Under the pieces are notes generated by a model. That model made no database searches. It saw only the letters and a program-made list of their open reading frames with translations, and had not been told where the DNA came from. Position numbers and translations under genes: made by a program. 64,000 nucleotides of DNA from Pseudomonadota bacterium (GTDB lineage: Bacteria; Pseudomonadota; Alphaproteobacteria; Rhodobacterales; Rhodobacteraceae), in the NCBI GenBank assembly GCA_038525395.1, contig JBCBHS010000002.1:158863-222862 (forward strand), read 5' to 3'. Shown one piece after another: positions 61,976 to 64,000 of the stretch. Position 1 is the stretch's first letter, and the number at the start of each line of letters is the position of its first letter.

Positions 61976-63070
61976 TTACCCCCTCTCAAACAGGATGACG
62001 TTCCGCCGTGCAGCACCACCCTTGGTGTCGGCGATGGCCTCGTTGATCTGATCCAAGGACCAGCGGCCCGAGATCAGGCTATCGAGCTGCAGCCGCCCCT
62101 GCTGGTACAAATCCACCATCCACGGAATGTCCCGCTGGATCACCACGTCACCCATTTTCGACCCAACCATACCCTGGCCAATAGCGGCCAGGATGGCAGG
62201 CTCATAGCCCGCTTTGACGCCAGAGGGCGGCATGCCCACCATCACAACCTTGCCAGCCCGACCCATATAGCGGGGGGCTTGATCATAGGCACGGCCCGCG
62301 CCGACGGTGACAATTACGGCCTCGGCCCCCTTGCCGCCAAGCGCTTTGTAGGACGCGCGCCAGGGTGCATCCAACGTGGCCAGCACGCCGTCTGTCGCGC
62401 CAAAGGCCTTTGCGTCCTCCAGCTTTTCCTCGGTCATGTCCACCGCCACGATCCGGCGCGCGCCCGCGATCCGGGCGCCTTGGATTGCGTTCAGGCCCAC
62501 GCCGCCCGCGCCGATGACAACCACGTCCTGGCCCGCGCGCAGGCCCGCCGCATTGACCACGGCGCCGACGCCGGTGATCACACCGCAGGCGATCAGCGAT
62601 GCTGCATCCTTGGCGATGTCGCTGGGGATTTTGACCAACTGGCGCTGGTCCACCACGACCTTTTCGGCAAAGGCGCCGCAGGCCATGGCCTGGTGCAACC
62701 GGCCCTCGTCGGCAGTGCGGATCGGGCCTGCATCCCCGTCATAGGGGGTCTCGCACACGGTGGGCTTGCCGGTTGCGCAAGACGGGCAGGTGCCGCAGGA
62801 CCGGATCAACGTAACGACCACGCTGTCACCTTCGGCCAGCCCCTGCACGCCAGGCCCAACCGCGCTGACAATGCCAGCGGCCTCGTGCCCATAGACCGCT
62901 GGCAAACTGCCGCCCCAGGCACCTTCGGCAAAGGAAATATCCGAATGGCAGATCGCCACCGCATCCAGGGTGACTTCCACCTCACCGCCCTCGGGTGCGC
63001 GCAGCAAGATGTCCTCGATCACAAGCGGCGTACCGAACGCGTGGCACACCGCGGCCTTGATTGTTTGCAT
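61976..63070 (-). CDS. Zinc-dependent alcohol dehydrogenase (MDR superfamily)
   Basis: 364 aa. Catalytic-zinc context ICHSDISF and GHEAAG, structural-zinc CGTCPSCATGKPTVC, NAD motif VIGAGGVG. Confidence 0.9.
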   Translation of the reverse strand: MQTIKAAVCHAFGTPLVIEDILLRAPEGGEVEVTLDAVAICHSDISFAEGAWGGSLPAVYGHEAAGIVSAVGPGVQGLAEGDSVVVTLIRSCGTCPSCATGKPTVCETPYDGDAGPIRTADEGRLHQAMACGAFAEKVVVDQRQLVKIPSDIAKDAASLIACGVITGVGAVVNAAGLRAGQDVVVIGAGGVGLNAIQGARIAGARRIVAVDMTEEKLEDAKAFGATDGVLATLDAPWRASYKALGGKGAEAVIVTVGAGRAYDQAPRYMGRAGKVVMVGMPPSGVKAGYEPAILAAIGQGMVGSKMGDVVIQRDIPWMVDLYQQGRLQLDSLISGRWSLDQINEAIADTKGGAARRNVILFERG

Positions 63071-63173
63071 ATCTGTCCCTTACTCCGTCCTCGCCGGGCT
63101 GGCGCGATGTGTTGCTGAGTTTGATTTGACGGTGGCGCAGGCGGCCTGCGCTCGCAAGACCGATTGCGACGTA

Positions 63174-64000
63174 TTATGGCGTCGGGTGATCTTTGGTGTC
63201 GCGTGACGCCAAGTTTTTTCCCGCCCGCAGAAACACGGCAAGGCCCGCCACCATCAGCACGCCCGACAGAAAGAACGGCGCGCCCGGCACATAGGCAGGC
63301 GCCGCTGGCCCGGTGAAGGCGTAAAACACATAAGTCATCACCATCGGTGACACGATCATCGCAAGGGCCGAGACGGAGGTGAGCGCGCCTTGCAACTCGC
63401 CCTGTTGATCGTCGCCCACGGCCTTGGACATGATGCCTTGCAGCGCGGGCGTGATCACCCCGCCCACCGCCGCAAGCGGGGTCAGGATCAACAGCCAGGT
63501 GCCGGAACTCACCAGCCCGATCAGCACAAACACAACCACATCCGCGCCATGGCCATAGATCACCGATCCGCGTTCGCCCAACACCCGCAGCACCGGCCGG
63601 ATCAGCCCGGCCTGGACCACGGCCAGCGAGATGCCGAACAGACCCAGCGACAGCCCGACCACTCCGGGCGACCAGGCAAACCGCTCTGCCGTGTAGAACG
63701 CCCAAACCGCTGGATAGACGGTAAAGGCGACCTGGTAGATAAAGAACACCACAAATAGCGGCGTCAGGCCCGGCAGCCTGGCAAAGTGGCGAAAGACGCC
63801 AAAGGGGTTCGCGCGGCGCCATTCGAACGGGCGGCGGATGCGGTCGTCGACCGTCTCTTTCAGCACGATATAGCCAAAGATCGCATTGCCCGCAGCAAGG
63901 GCGGCGGCGGCGTAGAACGGCGCGCGGGTGCCATATTCGGCCAGCACCCCGCCGATGATTGGCCCAAAGACAAAGCCCATGCCAAATGCCGCGCCGATCA
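63174..64000 (-). CDS. MFS transporter (TetA/TCR-like efflux pump), N-terminus beyond the right window edge
   Basis: The minus-strand frame stays open upstream of the track start (…IGAAFGMGFVFGPIIGG, MFS motif region) to position 64000. Multiple TM segments. Confidence 0.85.
   Translation of the reverse strand, partial: IGAAFGMGFVFGPIIGGVLAEYGTRAPFYAAAALAAGNAIFGYIVLKETVDDRIRRPFEWRRANPFGVFRHFARLPGLTPLFVVFFIYQVAFTVYPAVWAFYTAERFAWSPGVVGLSLGLFGISLAVVQAGLIRPVLRVLGERGSVIYGHGADVVVFVLIGLVSSGTWLLILTPLAAVGGVITPALQGIMSKAVGDDQQGELQGALTSVSALAMIVSPMVMTYVFYAFTGPAAPAYVPGAPFFLSGVLMVAGLAVFLRAGKNLASRDTKDHPTP

Noticed and set aside
1-64000. Search by eye for CRISPR arrays, tRNA/rRNA genes, IS transposases, integrases, prophage or canonical defence-system genes.
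   Set aside because: None found. There are no regularly spaced direct repeats, no GGTTCGAATCC-type T-arm strings in intergenic DNA, and no DDE/tyrosine-recombinase-like ORFs. tRNAscan-SE, Infernal, ISEScan and DefenseFinder runs would be the proper confirmation.

Overview
GC-rich alphaproteobacterial chromosomal segment. It is most likely from a marine Rhodobacteraceae (roseobacter-type) genome; this is inferred from a DddL-like cupin, a Hint_2-type protein and the overall gene content, not from a search. I call about 60 protein genes. I saw no rRNA, tRNA, CRISPR array, transposase or integrase by eye.

Gene order, left to right:
- cdd-deoA-deoB nucleoside salvage operon. deoB runs off the left edge and is missing from the supplied ORF track.
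- VOC/bicupin protein, maeB, two tandem paralogous small lipoproteins, prpE.
- csbD with a GGAAC-N17-CGTT (EcfG-type) promoter, and an orphan 2TM protein with a TIR/NDT-like Rossmannoid tail.
- Acyl-CoA synthetase, DMT transporter, sulfotransferase, Hint-domain protein.
- DddL-like DMSP lyase followed by a MaoC hydratase and a family III CoA-transferase.
- A beta-oxidation supercluster: fadA, a tandem NTF2-like ORF, fadB, GST, two acyl-CoA dehydrogenases with a small RHH-like ORF between them, and a MerR regulator.
- usp, an OmpA-like protein, a second MerR with two PaaI thioesterases, MATE, pyrD-DUF1330-DUF952, a 5'-nucleotidase, SRAP, LysR/gcdH, and an orphan fused E1 alpha/beta.

The right third (41.5-63 kb) looks accessory and is the best candidate for something undescribed. 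It has two parts:
- A LacI-linked island with a perfect 20-bp operator. It contains a CUT1-type ABC importer interrupted by a GMC oxidoreductase, a HisD-like dehydrogenase, an SDR and five SnoaL/NTF2-fold ORFs, four of them two-domain proteins.
- A translationally coupled seven-gene block: PNPOx-like, membrane protein, bicupin, methyltransferase, MetE-C-terminal-like, RraA-like, CIA30-like. After it come an enolase-superfamily dehydratase, a Zn-ADH and an MFS pump.

I cannot assign a substrate to either part.

A composite intergenic repeat family recurs at least 8 times. Each copy has a G5-6/C5-6 hairpin plus CCCCCGGRATTTTTTTGGAACAGAGAA-like arms. One copy is a ~200-bp inverted-repeat element.

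All functional calls are family-level recognitions from the translated sequence. No database search was run.
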